A stretch of 64,000 bases of DNA. It comes from Malacoraja senta. Taxonomy: Eukaryota. Under the pieces are notes generated by a model. It made no database searches. It was given only the letters and a program-made list of their open reading frames with translations, and was not told where the DNA came from. Location: the NCBI GenBank assembly GCA_038087875.1, contig CM075999.1, forward strand, positions 124,001 to 188,000. The letters run 5' to 3'. Both the position numbers and the translations under genes were made by a program. Of this stretch, positions 11,376 to 25,034 are shown in pieces. Positions within the stretch are counted from its first letter, which is position 1. The number at the start of each line of letters is the position of its first letter.

Positions 11376-13474
11376 AGCTGTCACCCATATTTTTTTGACC
11401 AGCTGGCCATTTTATCACTAATCTGAAAGGATTGGATACACACCTACTGAGGAACAAGCATTTAACTGCAGAGGGGGCAGCCCAACTCTTAAGTAGGTGA
11501 AAGACAAATTTTAGAGGAAAATCTCTTCTTTACCCCTATGCCCTTGAGGCAGTTTTCCTTCAAAAGGCAATGGGATTTATTCCACCTCATACTGAGGGAC
11601 TGTTAGAAACTAGACCCTTAAAGTCAGGCCAGTCTTTGAAGGACTGAAATGGGGCCACATCCATGGACAGCCATGACTCCAGAATTACAGTGTCAGTGGA
11701 GGTCATATCAAGTGGCTGGATTAAGTAGACAGTTCTGATTGTCTATCCTATCTATGCCTCTGACAGTTTTACATACTTCTGTCAGGTCTTCCCTCAACCT
11801 CCAACGTTTCAGAGAAAATAATCCAAATCTGTCCAACATCTCCCTGTAGCCAGCATTCTGGGTGTTGACTAGACTCCCCCTCGCCGCACCCACCTCATGA
11901 GCTCCCTCTGGTGAGAGCACAGCCTTGCTGTAATACAGCGCCCAGAATTGTTGTCTGTCTCACATGGACTCATTATCCCCACATGGGGTTTGTGTTTCTC
12001 AGCTCTATCCTTCTTGCTCTGTAATCCCCCAAATCCAATTAACTTTCCTTACCACTGTTACATTGTGCTCTAGTTTCACCAACCGTCAACCTTTCCACGA
12101 TGATCCCTCCCTGTGAAGCTTAAATCTACCCAGGCTGTATTCAAAAAGATTCATGCTCTTCCTGCACCTCAGCCCCATCAATTGCATGCAATAACATTTA
12201 TTTGACGATCCTCAATTTATTTTTTGTTGACAAGTGGAAAGATAGAAAAATCACTCCACTTTTTTTCATCCTCTCAAGTGACCGAAAGGATCAGAGAGCA
12301 ACTTAAGTTACCTCGAGCGTTTATAACATCATAAATTACACATAACAGCAGGAAAATGCACCATTCAATTCCACAACAGAAAGGAAAAAAACATTTTTGT
12401 TCCTATTGGTAAGCAAGATACCTCTGAAATTTCGAGGCATTCGAAGGATTTTATGTTTAACTTAGATTCCTGTGCAGAGCATGAACAATATCTAGACTGC
12501 AACAACATCCATTTCATACTTAGCTTCATTTACTTGTGGTTTTGATAGCGATACAAGAGCCCCACAAGAATACTAGCTTTCACATCAGGCATAATTACGC
12601 TGTCACAATGCGGCAAATCATATTTATTATTTTGATCATAGAGATGGTTTCTTGGCTGAACTATACTTTTGTAACAGGCATTGAAATAAAAAAAAAAACT
12701 CTCTCAGTTCAATCCATGATTGGCTGTTCCCAATATGTTTCCATTATTTACTTTGGACTCCAGGAGAGAGAGAAAGATTTGCTTAATTAGAAGTGCAGGC
12801 CCTTGGGAAGGGATTTTATTAACTGAGAGAGATGCCTGAATAATCATCAGTTTGATTCCAGGAACCAATTAAGGTTTCCCTGGAGCTAAACATAGAACAC
12901 AGAACATAGAAAAATACAGGCCCTTCAGCCCACAATGTCTGGGCTGAACAAGATGCCAAGATAAACTAATCTCCTCTGCCAGCATATGATCCACATATCT
13001 CTCCATTCCCTGTTTATCCTTGTGTCTATCTAAAAGCCTCTTAAATGCCACTATCCTATCTCCTTCCACCATCACCCCTGGAAGCACGTTCCAGGCACTC
13101 GCCATTTTTTACACAAAATACATTGCCCGACGTGTAATCTTTAAACTTTGCCTCTCTCGCCTTAAAGCCATGGCCTCTTTGACATTTTAATCCTTGGAAA
13201 AATGGTTCTGACTAATGATTTTGGCTTCCTCATTTTGGTTACATTTCTTCACTGTGCCAATTGTTGACATAGTTGTATTTGTCTGACTGTGGGCTGACAT
13301 TATGAACAATCACTGACTCAGTCCTGTGGCCTTGTAGTTTCTTTAGTTGTTGACAATTGCTGGTTGCTTTCCAATTAGTTAATGGAGGTCTACAGATGCA
13401 TTGTGAAAGAGTAGCTTTGCTGTATTTTGTGGAATGATGTGCGTTGTCATTTTGACTGATTATGCAATATCTTT

Positions 13475-14435
13475 TGCCAGGATTAGAGGGTGTGAGCTAT
13501 TGGAAGAGGTTGAGTAGGCTGGGACTCTATTCATTGGAGTGCAGGAGGATGAGGGGTGATCTTATAGAGGTGTATAAAATCTTGAGAGGAATAGATTGGG
13601 AATTTGCACAGAGTCTCTTGGCCCAGAGGCGGTGAATTGAGGACCAGGGACATAGGTTTAAGGTGAAGGGGAAAAGATTTAATAGGAATCTGCGGCAAAC
13701 ATTTTCACACAAAGGGTGGTGGATGTGTGGAACAAGTTGCCAGAGGAGGTAGTTGAGGCAGGGACTATCCCAACATTTAAGAAACAGTTAGACAGGTACA
13801 TGGATAGGACAGGTTTGGAGAGATATGGACCAAATGCATGCAGGTGGGACTAGTGTAGCTGGGACATGGTGGCCGATGTGGGCAAAGTTAGGCTGAAGGG
13901 CCGGTTTCCATGCTGTATCAATCTATGACTCCATAACTGTCATGTTTGCATCGTTGATCAACAATTCTGAAATTTACATCCTGTTTTCGTTCTCGCTTTT
14001 ATCATGCAAATTGGTTATCAAAGGTTACAGCAGGATCTTGATCAGTTGGGCAAGTGGGCTGAAGAATGGTTAATAGAGTTTAATGCAGATAAGTGGTGAG
14101 GTGTTGCATTTTGGGGAAGTCAAACCGAGGCAGGACCTTCACAGTAAATGGCAGGGCTCTGAGGAGTATTGTAGAGCAGAATGATATAGGAGTGCAGGTA
14201 AATAGTTGCTTGAAAGTAGCATCATAGGTAGACAAGCTGGTCAAGAAGGCTTTTGGTATATTGCCCTTCGTCAGTCAGGGTATTGAAGTATAGAAGTTAG
14301 ATGTATGTTACAGTTGCTTAAGACATTGGGGAGGTCGCACATCTCCATTAAACAGTCAGAACTTTTTTCCCAGGATAGAATTGTCCAACACTGGCAGGCA
14401 TAAGAAGAGGAGGAAATTTAATGGAGATGCGCAGT
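13475..14435 (+). mobile_element. Two adjacent CR1 fragments
   Basis: CR1 3' end (13475-13935) followed by an older RT/C-terminal fragment (~14000-14435). Confidence 0.75.
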
Positions 14436-14532
14436 GAATCGGAAGAAGGGTGTCGACCCGAAACGTCACCCATTCCTTCTCTCCAGAGATGCTGCCTGTC
14501 CCGCTGAGTTACTCCAGCTTTTTGTGTCCCAT

Positions 14533-14732
14533 NNNNNNNNNNNNNNNNNNNNNNNNNNNNNNNNNNNNNNNNNNNNNNNNNNNNNNNNNNNNNNNNNNNN
14601 NNNNNNNNNNNNNNNNNNNNNNNNNNNNNNNNNNNNNNNNNNNNNNNNNNNNNNNNNNNNNNNNNNNNNNNNNNNNNNNNNNNNNNNNNNNNNNNNNNNN
14701 NNNNNNNNNNNNNNNNNNNNNNNNNNNNNNNN
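14533..14732. other. Assembly gap (200 N)
   Basis: Run of N. Confidence 1.
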
Positions 14733-14999
14733 CATTGCTGCTGCACTATGTCACGCTTTGTCCTTGCGAATGCTAATAGCCAGACTAACAATGTTCCAGT
14801 CACTGCCACATATGTCATCCCTGAAATGAACATTTGGGGAATATCCTTGTTACAAAGGTCAATGTTAAACCAGAAAACCAGGTTTACCAGAATGCTGATG
14901 AGATTAGAGGTTGGACAAAATTGGATTGTTTTCTCCGAGACTCCGGAGGTTGAGCGGAGATTTGATAGAAGTATATAAAATTATGAGAAGGATAGTTCG

Positions 15000-15372
15000 G
15001 CTTTAGGTTTATTACTGTCACATGTACCGAGGTACAGTGAAAAACTGTTTTGCATGATATCCAATCAGGTGATACTATACATAATTACAGTCAAGCCAAT
15101 CTCGTACAATAGATAGAACAAAGGGGAAGATACAGAGTGCAGAATATAATTCTCAGCATTGAGGCGCATCAGTTCCCTAGACAAAGTCCAATGGGGCAGA
15201 GGTGAAATAGACAGTCTCCTGGCTTATAGAAGGACCGGTCACAAGCATGATTACTGAGGGCAGAAGTTGTTCCTGAGTCTGGTGGTGCACGCTTTCAAGC
15301 TTCTGTATCTTTTGCCCGACATGAGAAGGGAGAAGAAGGAATGACTAGGTTGGGACAAGTCTTTGATTAGGT
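15000..15372 (-). mobile_element. Rex1/Babar-type LINE 3' end
   Basis: Minus strand resembles a degenerate 'RYRSLKARTTRLRNNFCP' C-terminus, with ttcactgtacc..gtacatgtgaca.taa tail. Confidence 0.7.
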
Positions 15373-15375
15373 GGT

Positions 15376-15780
15376 TGCTTACCAGAATGCTGCTTGGATT
15401 AGACAGTATTAGCTACAACGAGAGGTTGGTCAGACTTGGATTTTTTTCTCTGGAATGCTGGAGGTTAAAGGGAGACCTGACAGAAGTATTTAAAATTAGT
15501 AGAAGCAAAGATAGGGTAGGCAGTCAGAACCTTTTCTCCAGGGTAGAAATACCAGAGACTAGAGGACATAGCTTTAAGGTGAGAGGATGGCGGGTGCCTG
15601 GAACACACTGCCAATGGTGTTAGTGGAGGCATTGAAGAGGCTTTTCGATAAGCACATGGATATGCAAGGAATAGAGGGATATGGATCACGTACAGGCAGA
15701 TGAAATTAGTTGAACTGGTATCATGTTTGGCATGGACATTATGGGCTGAAAGACCTGTTCTTGTGCTGTATTTTCTATGT
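15376..15780 (+). mobile_element. CR1 3' fragment
   Basis: TRMLLGLDSISYNERLVRLGFFSLE... and 3'UTR. Confidence 0.8.
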
Positions 15781-16439
15781 AATATATCATGGTCAGCCAA
15801 TTTTTTTACTGCAAAAAATATTTACAGTTTATATGTCAAGTAAGGCAAAAAAAGACATATACATTTTGAGCTGTGTGGCTTATAAAAACAAAAAAACCCA
15901 GTTGATGTTTAAACAATTTGATTCTTATTAAAATGAGGAAATGTATTACATGTCTCTCTGCTGCTGGTTCATCACAGGTAAGTTTAGTGAAAATAAACTT
16001 AGATTTTTTATATAATCAGGAAATATGCAAGAGAGCGATATAGAATGAGCATTCGAGCGATCCTAAAAACGTTGCCAAGTAAAAGGATTCCTGTCGGATT
16101 AGCATTTCTGCATCCTTTGCCGAATTGCCCAAAAGTATAAGTTTCTGAAATCAGTAACTTTCACTTTTTATGTGATAGAATGTCAATGTTGAATTTGCTT
16201 TGCTGAAGGCACATTGAAAGAAAAAAAAATGAGGTCATCACAGATCTATCAGTCTACAAGACATGGGAAACTAATGAAATCTTCGCTGCATTGATAGGCC
16301 TGCCTGAAAGAATTTGTGGAGCCCCAAACAGCATGGTTCAGTGCCAACAATGCAAGTCTTTTTCACCAGACTTGGTGCCCTTCCTTTCCAGCAAAGTTGT
16401 GGTGGCTATAATGCATCATCTAATGTCCAAAGCCTCGTT

Positions 16440-16885
16440 CGTTCATAAGACCTAGGAGCAGAAATGTGCCATTCGGCTGATCAAGTATTCTCCGTCACTC
16501 AATCATGATCTATCTTTCCCTCTCAACCCCATTCTCCTGCCTTCACCCCATAACCCCTAACACCCTTACTAACCAAATCTCTGCCTTAAAAATATCCACT
16601 AACTTGGCCTCCACAGCCATCTGTGACAGTGAATTCCACAGATTCACCACCCTCTGACCAAAGAAATTCCTCCTCATCTCCCTTCTGAAGGTATCTCCTT
16701 TTATTCTCAGGCTATGGCCTCTGGTCCGAGACTCTCCCACTAGAGTCATCCTCTCCACATTCACTCTATCCAGGCCTTTCACTATTCAGTGAGTTTCAAT
16801 GAGGTGTTTCCCCACCCCCCCCCCCCCCCACTTCTAAACTCCAGCAAGTACAGGCCCAGTGCCTTCAAACGCTCATCATATCATT
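16440..16885 (-). mobile_element. CR1 3' fragment
   Basis: ORF 16543-16782 (SRTRGHSLRIKG...QRVVNLWNSL). Confidence 0.85.
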
Positions 16886-17199
16886 CCAGTTACTGGCACA
16901 TCGTAAACATGGGCACAGGAACCCCATCCTGGAGTGAGTGATGGCTTCCTTGCCTTAAACGCCTACCACTGTAGGATCAATGGCTTCCTTCCCTCACTTT
17001 AGGGGCAAGCCCTGCACTGGTCATGTCAAAATACATTTCTGTTATGTGCTGTGTAGTTTGCAATCGTTTTACACATTGAAATGTGCATCCAGTCTCTGTG
17101 ATATATAAATTACTCACAGTTGTTCTTTGACATTTATCGTTCGACATACCATATGGCTGAATCTCCAGTCCACCACTTCCATTTCGTCAGTGCCCTTAG

Positions 17200-17800
17200 A
17201 ACATAGAATATTGAAAAATACAGCACAGGAACAGGCCCTTCAGCCCATAATCTCTGCGCTGACCATGCTAGCAATTTAAAATAATCCCATCAGCCTGCAA
17301 GTGGCCCATATCCCCCATCCTTTGATCCTTTGTCTGTTCATGTGCCTGTTTAAATACTTCTTATATATTGCTATCATATTTACTTCCACCATTTCCCCTG
17401 ACAATGTGTATAAACAATGTTTTCCTGCACACATCTCCTTTAAACTTTTCCCCTCTCACCTTAAAGCTATGCCCTCTAGTATTTGATTTTTCCATCCTGG
17501 CAAAAAGACACTATCAATCCTATTTATGCTTCTCAGAATTTTGTTAACTTCAATCAGGTTCCCCCCGTCAGCCTCTGAAAACAACTCCAGCGAATACACC
17601 CAAGTTTGTCCAATCTCTTCTCATTGCTAATATTCACTAATCCAGGCAACATCCTGGAGGACCTCTTCTGCACCCTCTCCAAAGCTTCTGCATACTTTCT
17701 GTAGTGTGGTCCAGAATCCCACAAAACAATGTAAATGTTGCCTAGCCAAATTTCTATACAGCTGCAACATGGCCTCCCAACTTATATACTCAATGCCCAG
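17200..17800 (-). mobile_element. Old CR1 3' fragment
   Basis: Degenerate LQLYRNLARQHL motif and 3'UTR. Confidence 0.75.
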
Positions 17801-18299
17801 AATGATAAATACACTCTGTCTACAATTTCTGATTTTGTCACACCCAGCGTGTGATTTTTGAAATGCAATCATTATTTTGCTGCAGGAAGCCTGACAGTCT
17901 TATTATGTGAATTAAAATTGCACAGGCACAACTGTGCTATGGTCCCGAAAAGCATTTTTCTCTGTGAGCTTCACTGATGGTTTAATATCAGTCAGATGCA
18001 AGAGATAATATCCCTGCAAGTCCTTGGGTTTGTGCCAGGTGATCTTTTATGGGCACCCAAGACAACAAACGGGAGTTCAATCACACATTGATAAGGCAGC
18101 ATCTTAACAGAGCAGGTCTCCCACAGTACTTTGTTTGCTTAAGTTTCTCTCTCAAGCCACAGCTCCCTGTCTCAAACCTAGAAAGCCCCTGCTGTGATGC
18201 AAAGGAGAGAAATCCTCCACTTATCACATCTTTGGAATGCCAAACGCAGCGAGTGTCGTCACTGGTGTATCGTCACTGGTGTAAGTTAAATCTTGTAAC

Positions 18300-19790
18300 T
18301 ATCTCAAAGGTACAATGAAAACCTTGCTTGCAATAGCGTTTCAGCCACATAGGCTCGTCCATCGACAAAAACATGCATGCTGTACATAAATTGCACATAA
18401 ATTTTGCAAATAAAATACTGTCCAAAAAGCAAGACTTTAGTGCAAAGTACAATTAGAAAACAAGTCCATGAGAATGCAAGTGGTGGTCCGTAGTGTTCCA
18501 TTGTTGAGGTGGGATTAGGGTTGTGCGAGTCAGTTCAAGAACCTGATGGTTGCAGGAAACTTACTGATCCTGAAACCGCTGGTGTGCAACTTCAGGTGCG
18601 TGTACCTGAAGTTCCAAGTTTGCGGATGACACTAAGCTGGGGGGCAGTGTTAGCTGTGAGGAGGATGCTAGGAGACTGCAAGGTGACTTGGATAGGCTGG
18701 GTGAGTGGGCAAATGTTTGGCAGATGCAGTATAATGTGGATAAATGTGAGGTTATCCACTTTGGTGGGAAAAACAGGAAAGCAGACTATTATCTAAATGG
18801 TGGCCGATTAGGAAATGGGGAGATGCAGCGAGACCTGGGTGTCATGGTACACCAGTCATTGAAAGTAGGCATGCAGGTGCAGCAGGTAGTGAAGAAAGCG
18901 AATGGTATGTTAGCTTTCATAGCAAAAGGATTTGAGTATAGGAGCAGGGAGGTTCTACTGCAGTTGTACAGGGTCTTGGTGAGACCACACCTGGAGTATT
19001 GCGTACAGTTTTGGTCTCCAAATCTGAGGAAGGACATTATAGCCATAGAGGGAGTGCAGAGAAGGTTCACCAGACTGATTCCTGGGATGTCAGGACTTTC
19101 ATATGAAGAAAGACTGGATAGGACTTGGCTTATACTCGCTAGAATTTAGGAGATTGAGAGGGATCTTATAGAAACGTACAAAATTCTTATGGGGTTGGAC
19201 AGGCTAGATGCAGAAAGATTGTTTCCCGATGTTGGGGAAGTCCAGGACAAGGGGTCACAGCTTAAGGATAAGGGGAAATCCTTTAAGACCGAGATGAGGA
19301 AAAACTTTTTCACACAGAGAGTGGTGAATCTCTGGAACCTCTCTGCCACAGAGGGTAGTTGAGGCCAGTTCATTGGCTATATTTAAGAGGGAGTTAGATG
19401 TGGCCCTTGTGGCTAAAGGGATCAGGGGGTATGGAGAGAAGGCAGGTACGGGATACTGAGTTGGGTGATCAGCCATGATCATATTGAATGGCGGTGCAGG
19501 CTCGAAGGGCCGAATGGCCTACTCCTGCACCTATTTTCTATGTATCTATGTATCTATGTATGTACCTCCTGCACAACTGTAGCAGTGAGAAGAGGGCACG
19601 GTGGGAACCCTTGATGGTAGATGCTGCCTTCTTGAGGCAACACCTCATTTATATGCTTGCGATGATGGGGAAGGCTGTGCCCGTGATGGACCGGGCGGAG
19701 TCTAGCACTCTCTGCAGCTTCCGTTGTTCCTGAACTTTGGAATTAACGTACCAGGCCATGATGCAATAATCAGGATACTTTCTACAGTAG
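18300..19790 (-). mobile_element. Old Rex1/Babar-type LINE 3' end split by a CR1
   Basis: Sequence is colinear across the CR1 insertion; same family as 15000-15372 and ~32985-33260. Confidence 0.6.
18612..19560 (+). mobile_element. Young CR1, 5'-truncated, with TSD
   Basis: Starts at SKFADD; nearly identical to 23047-23998; (tctatgta)n tail; TSD tgtacct at 18601-18607 and 19561-19567. Confidence 0.95.
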
Positions 19791-20779
19791 AAACAAGAGC
19801 TGCAGATGCTGGTTTAAAAAAAGGACACAAAATGCTGGAGTAACTCAGCGTGTCTGGCAGCATCTGTGGAGAACATTGGTAGGTGACGTTTTGGATAGAA
19901 GTTGGAATATTTCAGTGACATGTAAGCTACATGTGGTGAAAGCGGCACTGCCTTCACTCATTAACCTCATCGCAAAGTCTCAGTAATTTGTTCATGGGCA
20001 CACTGTGGAGAACTATTACTGAACAAAGTGTTTGAGGCTCTGTAGATGACACAGTTCCTCATTCCACTTCTCAATGTTAACTGCCTAACTTTGTGGAACC
20101 AAAATAACACTGTGGCATATTGGAGCCACTCCAACTCCAACTTTAGTGACCAACCACACTTAAAGTCAATGGTATGAGGATGAGGATGAGATGAAACATT
20201 AAAGAGCAGCAGAGAGTGTGTGTTGTCCAAAATTCTGCAGGGCCTCACAGCTGTCATTGAGCGACGTTGAGGAGTGTTTCTCCCTGCACAGTAGGAAAGG
20301 ATTTGTTCCTAATATTAGATTATAGAGGACCAAGGCTGACCCCGAACCTCAGTCGTATTGTCATATGTACTGAAACTGAACAATGAAATTCTTATTTGCA
20401 GCAACATAAGAGGTCTGTAACATAGTACTCGAGATAACATAATAAAATGCTGTTAAAGGTCTTGCCACTAACTGTGCATTTTCCCCTTACATTCGATCTG
20501 CCAACATGCAACATCTCGCACTTGCCCAGATTAAACTCCATCTGCCATTTCTCCCCCCATTCCTGTAGCTGATCTATATCTTGCTGTATACTTTGACAGC
20601 CTTCCTCACAGTCCGCAACTCCACCAATTTTGGTGCTGCCTGCAAATTACTAACCAAGTGATGCTTCATCTACCTTCTGCTCTGACCACCCCAGTGCACT
20701 CAGTATAGATGTTCAGCACTTGCTCAGCCTATCCAGAGGTTACGTATTTGAGTCCTCTATTTGAGTCCCTCCCCCCAAC

Positions 20780-23700
20780 TAAACTAGAATGGTTGGGGGA
20801 GGGACTCAAATAGAGAATGCTATTAGACAGTGTGTTAGGCAGGAGGCAGAGAAGGAAAGCACTCAGACCCAACATGTAGGGGGGAAAGAAGAAAACAATA
20901 ATAAACAGAGAATAAGAGGTGGTGGGGTTCTTAAATGGGTGAGCAGAGAAACAGAGCGGTGTAAAATGCGGGCGGAAGCAATAGGTAGCAAGGTGAAAAG
21001 TAAAAGTGGCAGGCAGACAAATCCAGGGCAAAAATTAAAAGAGCCACTTTTCAACATAATTGTATAAGGGGTAAGAGCGTTGTAAAAACAAGCCTGAAGG
21101 CTTTGTGTCTCAATGCAAGGAGCATTCGTAATAAGGTGGATGAGTTGAACGTGCAGATAGCAATTAATGATTATGATATAGTTGGGATCACGGAGACATG
21201 GCTCCAGGGTGACCAAGGCTGGGAGCTGAACATCCAGGGATATTCAATATTCAGGAGGGATAGAGAGAAAGGAAAAGGAGGTGGGGTAGCGTTGCTGTTA
21301 GAGAGGAGATTAACGCAGTGGAAAGGAAGGACATTAGCTTGGAGGATGTGGAATCGGTATGGGTAGAGCTGCGAAACACTAAGGGGCAGAAAACGCTGGT
21401 GGGTGTTGTGTACAGGCCACCTAGCAGTAGTAGTGAAGTTGGGGATGGCATCAAACAGGAAATTAGAAATGCGTGCAACAAAGGCAAAACAGTTATAATG
21501 GATGACTTCAATCTACATATAGATTGGGTGAATCAAACTGGCAGGGGTGCTGAGGAAGAGGATTTCTTGGAATGTATGAGGGATAGTTATCTAAACCAAC
21601 ATGTAGAGGAACCAACGAGAGAGCAGGCTATTCTAGACTGGGTATTGAGTAATGAGGAAGGGTTAGTTAGCAGTCTTGTTATGCGTGCCCCCTTGGGCAA
21701 GAGTGACCATAATATGGTTGAGTTCTTCATTAGGATGGAGAGTGACATTGTTAATTCAGAAACAACGGTTCTGAACTTAAAGAAAGGTAACTTTGAGGGT
21801 ATGAGACGTGAATTGGCCAAGATTGACTGGCAATTAGTTCTAAAAGGGTTGACGGTGGATATGCAATGGAAGGCATTTAAAGACTGCATGGATGAACTAC
21901 AAAAATTGTTCATCCCAGTTTGGCAAAAGAATAAATCAGGGAAGGTAGTGCATCCGTGGATAACAAGGGAAATCAGGGATAGTATCAAAGCAAAAGATGA
22001 TGCGTACAAATTAGCCAGAAAAAGCAGCATACCAGAGGACTGGGAGAAATTCAGAGACCAGCAGAGGAGGACAAAGGGCTTAATTAGGAAAGGGAAAATA
22101 GATTATGAAAGGAAACTGGCAGGGAACATAAGAACTGACTGCAAAAGTTTTTATAGATATGTGAAGAGAAAGAGATTAGTTAAAACAAATGTAGGTCCCT
22201 TGCAGTCAGAAACAGGTGAATTGATCATGGGGAACAAGGATATGGCGGACCAATTGAGTAACTACTTTGGTTCCGTCTTCACTAAGGAAGACATAAATAA
22301 TCTGCCGGAAACAGCAGGGGTCAAAGGAGATGGAGGAACTGAGTGAAATCCAGGTTAGTCGGGAAGTGGTGTTGGGTAAATTGAATGGATTAAAGGCCGA
22401 TAAATCACCAGGGCCAGATAGGCTGCATCCCAGAGTTCTTAAGGAAGTAGCTCCAGATATAGTGGATGCATTAGTAATAATTTTTCAAAACTCTTTAGAT
22501 TCTGGAGTAGTTCCTGAGGATTGGAGGGTAGCAAACGTAACCCCACTTTTTAAGCTGGGAGGGAGAGAGAAAACGGGGAATTACAGACCAGTTAGTCTAA
22601 CATCGGTAGTGGGGAAACTGCTAGAGTCACTTATTAAAGATGGGATAGCAGCACATTTGGAAAGTGGTGAAATCATTGGACAAAGTCAGCATGGATTTAC
22701 GAAAGGTAAATCGTGTCTGACGAATCTTATAGAATTTTTCGAGGATGTAACTAGTAGAGTGGATAGGGGCGAACCAGTGGATGTGTTGTATCTGGACTTT
22801 CAGAAGGCTTTCGACAAGGTACCACATAAGAGATTAGGATACAAACTTAAATCACACGGTATTGGGGGTTCAGTATTGATGTGGATAGAGAACTGGATGG
22901 CAAACAGGAAGCAAAGAGTAGGAGTAAACGGGTCCTTTTCACAATGGCAGGCAGTGACTAGTGGGGTACCGCAAGGCTCAGTGCTGGGACCCCAGCTATT
23001 TACAATTTATATTAATGATCTGGACGAAGGAATTGAAAGCAACATCTCCAAGTTTGCGGATGACACTAAGCTGGGGGGCAGTGTTAGCTGTGAGGTGGAT
23101 GCTAGGAGACTGCAAGGTGACTTGGATAGGCTGGGTGAGTGGGCAAATGTTTGGCAGATGCAGTATAATGTGGATAAATGTGAGGTTATCCACTTTGGTG
23201 GCAAAAACGGGAAGGCAGACTATTATCTAAATGGTGGCCGATTAGGAAATGGGGAGATGCAGCGAGACCTGGGTGTCATGGTACACCAGTCATTGAAAGT
23301 AGGCATGCAGGTGCAGCAGGCAGTGAAGAAAGCGAATGGTATGTTGGCCTTCATAGCAAGAGGATTTGAGTATAGGAGCAGGGAGGTTCTACTGCAGTTG
23401 TACAGGGTCTTGGTGAGACCACACCTGGAGTATTGCGTACAGTTTTGGTCTCCAAATCTGAGGAAGGACATTATAGCCAAAGAGGGAGTGCAGAGAAGGT
23501 TCACCAGACTGATTCCTGGGATGTCAGGACTTTCATATGAAGAAAGACTGGATAGACTTGGCTTATACTCGCTAGAATTTAGGCGATTGAGAGGGGATCT
23601 TATAGAAACGTACACAATTCTTATGGGGTTGGACAGGCTAGATGCAGGAAGATTGTTCCCGATGTTGGGGAAGTCCAGGACAAGGGGTCACAGCTTAAGG

Positions 23701-23998
23701 ATAAGGGGGAAATCCTTTAAGACCGAGATGAGGAAAAACTTTTTCACACAGAGAGTGGTGAATCTCTGGAACTCTCTGCCACAGAGGGTAGTTGAGGCCA
23801 GTTCATTGGCTATATTTAAGAGGGAGTTAGATGTGGCCCTTGTGGCTAAAGGGATCAGGGGGTATGGAGAGAAGGCAGGTACGGGATACTGAGTTGGATG
23901 ATCAGCCATGATCATATTGAATGGCGGTGCAGGCTCGAAGGGCCGAATGGCCTACTCCTGCGCCTATTTTCTATGTATCTATCTATGTATCTATGTAT
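20780..23998 (+). mobile_element. Young CR1 LINE (~3.2 kb, full ORF2 region)
   Basis: APE endonuclease, RT and C-terminal domain, 3'UTR and (tctatgta)n tail. Confidence 0.97.
21097..23892 (+). pseudogene. CR1 ORF2 (APE endonuclease + reverse transcriptase) with two frameshifts
   Basis: Motifs CLNARSI, GITETW, YRPP, DFN, SDH, KSPGPD, NYRPVSL, LDFQKAFD, GVPQGSVLGP and FADD across ORFs 21103-21366, 21318-22346 and 22330-23892; frame changes near 21298 and 22320. Confidence 0.93.
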
Positions 23999-25034
23999 GA
24001 CCCCTATAATAAAACATAATTAATGTGACCTTCAACATTGGGAAGCTACAAGTCTAATAAACTCCTGCTTCCCGCTGCTTTCTGGCAGGTAAGAATGAGA
24101 TTAATTCCATTCTCCTGCTTAAATTATTCATTCAGTGCAAATTGTGAATGCAAAGTATATTAGAAGCAAGGATGAAGAATTAGCAATTATCAAGCAATGC
24201 TTTTTCAGTGCTCCGAATGAAACAAGAGGGTAATTTGGTTCTATTTTTGCTCCGTGGTGCTTGTGAATGCATTACAAATACTGTTCTGTTCAAATCCCAC
24301 GGCAACATATATTCACTTCACAAAATAATGGATAGAAATCTACTGATGTTTTAAACACCAGCAGGAAATCTGGCATTGATGGTGACCCAGATTTTAAACC
24401 CGCTTTTTCACATCTCTGAGGTATGCATAGATTATCAGCAGAGGAGAAATTACACTTGTGCTTAATATCCAGACAGGGATATATGTATAATTTTAAATGA
24501 TATAAAAATTATGAGAGGCATACACAGGGTAGATACCTCTTCCCAGGGCAGAAACACCAAAGACTTTAAGGTGAGGCAAAAGCTTATTACACTTAAGGTG
24601 AGGCAAACTTTAATGGAGATGAGCGAGGGTGGTGTGTCTGGAACGCGTTGTGGTGGTCGTGGAGGCAGATACGATAGTAGTGTTTAAGAGGCTTTTAGAT
24701 AGGCACAGGGATATGCAAGGAATGGAAGGATATGGATCAGGCAGAGGAGATTAGTTTAGCTTAGCATCATATTCAGCATGGACAATGTGGGCTGAAGGGC
24801 CTGTTCTTGTGCTGTACTGTTATTTTATTTAGAAATTTTATTTAGGCAGTTTTATTTTGTTTTAATAACAGGCTGCTTTTTTGGAAAGAGTATCCAAACC
24901 AACCCCGCCATGCAATACGTCTCCTTGGCACAACCGGCTTTCTGCAAAATCCTGTCTCATCCACAACCATAAACATTCTCATGTAATCCCTTGTTCAGTT
25001 TGGAACCAAGTTCAAAATTGAATGCCCTAAGCTA

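Noticed and set aside
14348..14833. ORFs spanning the N run
   Set aside because: Artefacts of the assembly gap.
21587..23915. Antisense ORFs over the CR1
   Set aside because: Shadow frames of ORF2, repeated in every copy.
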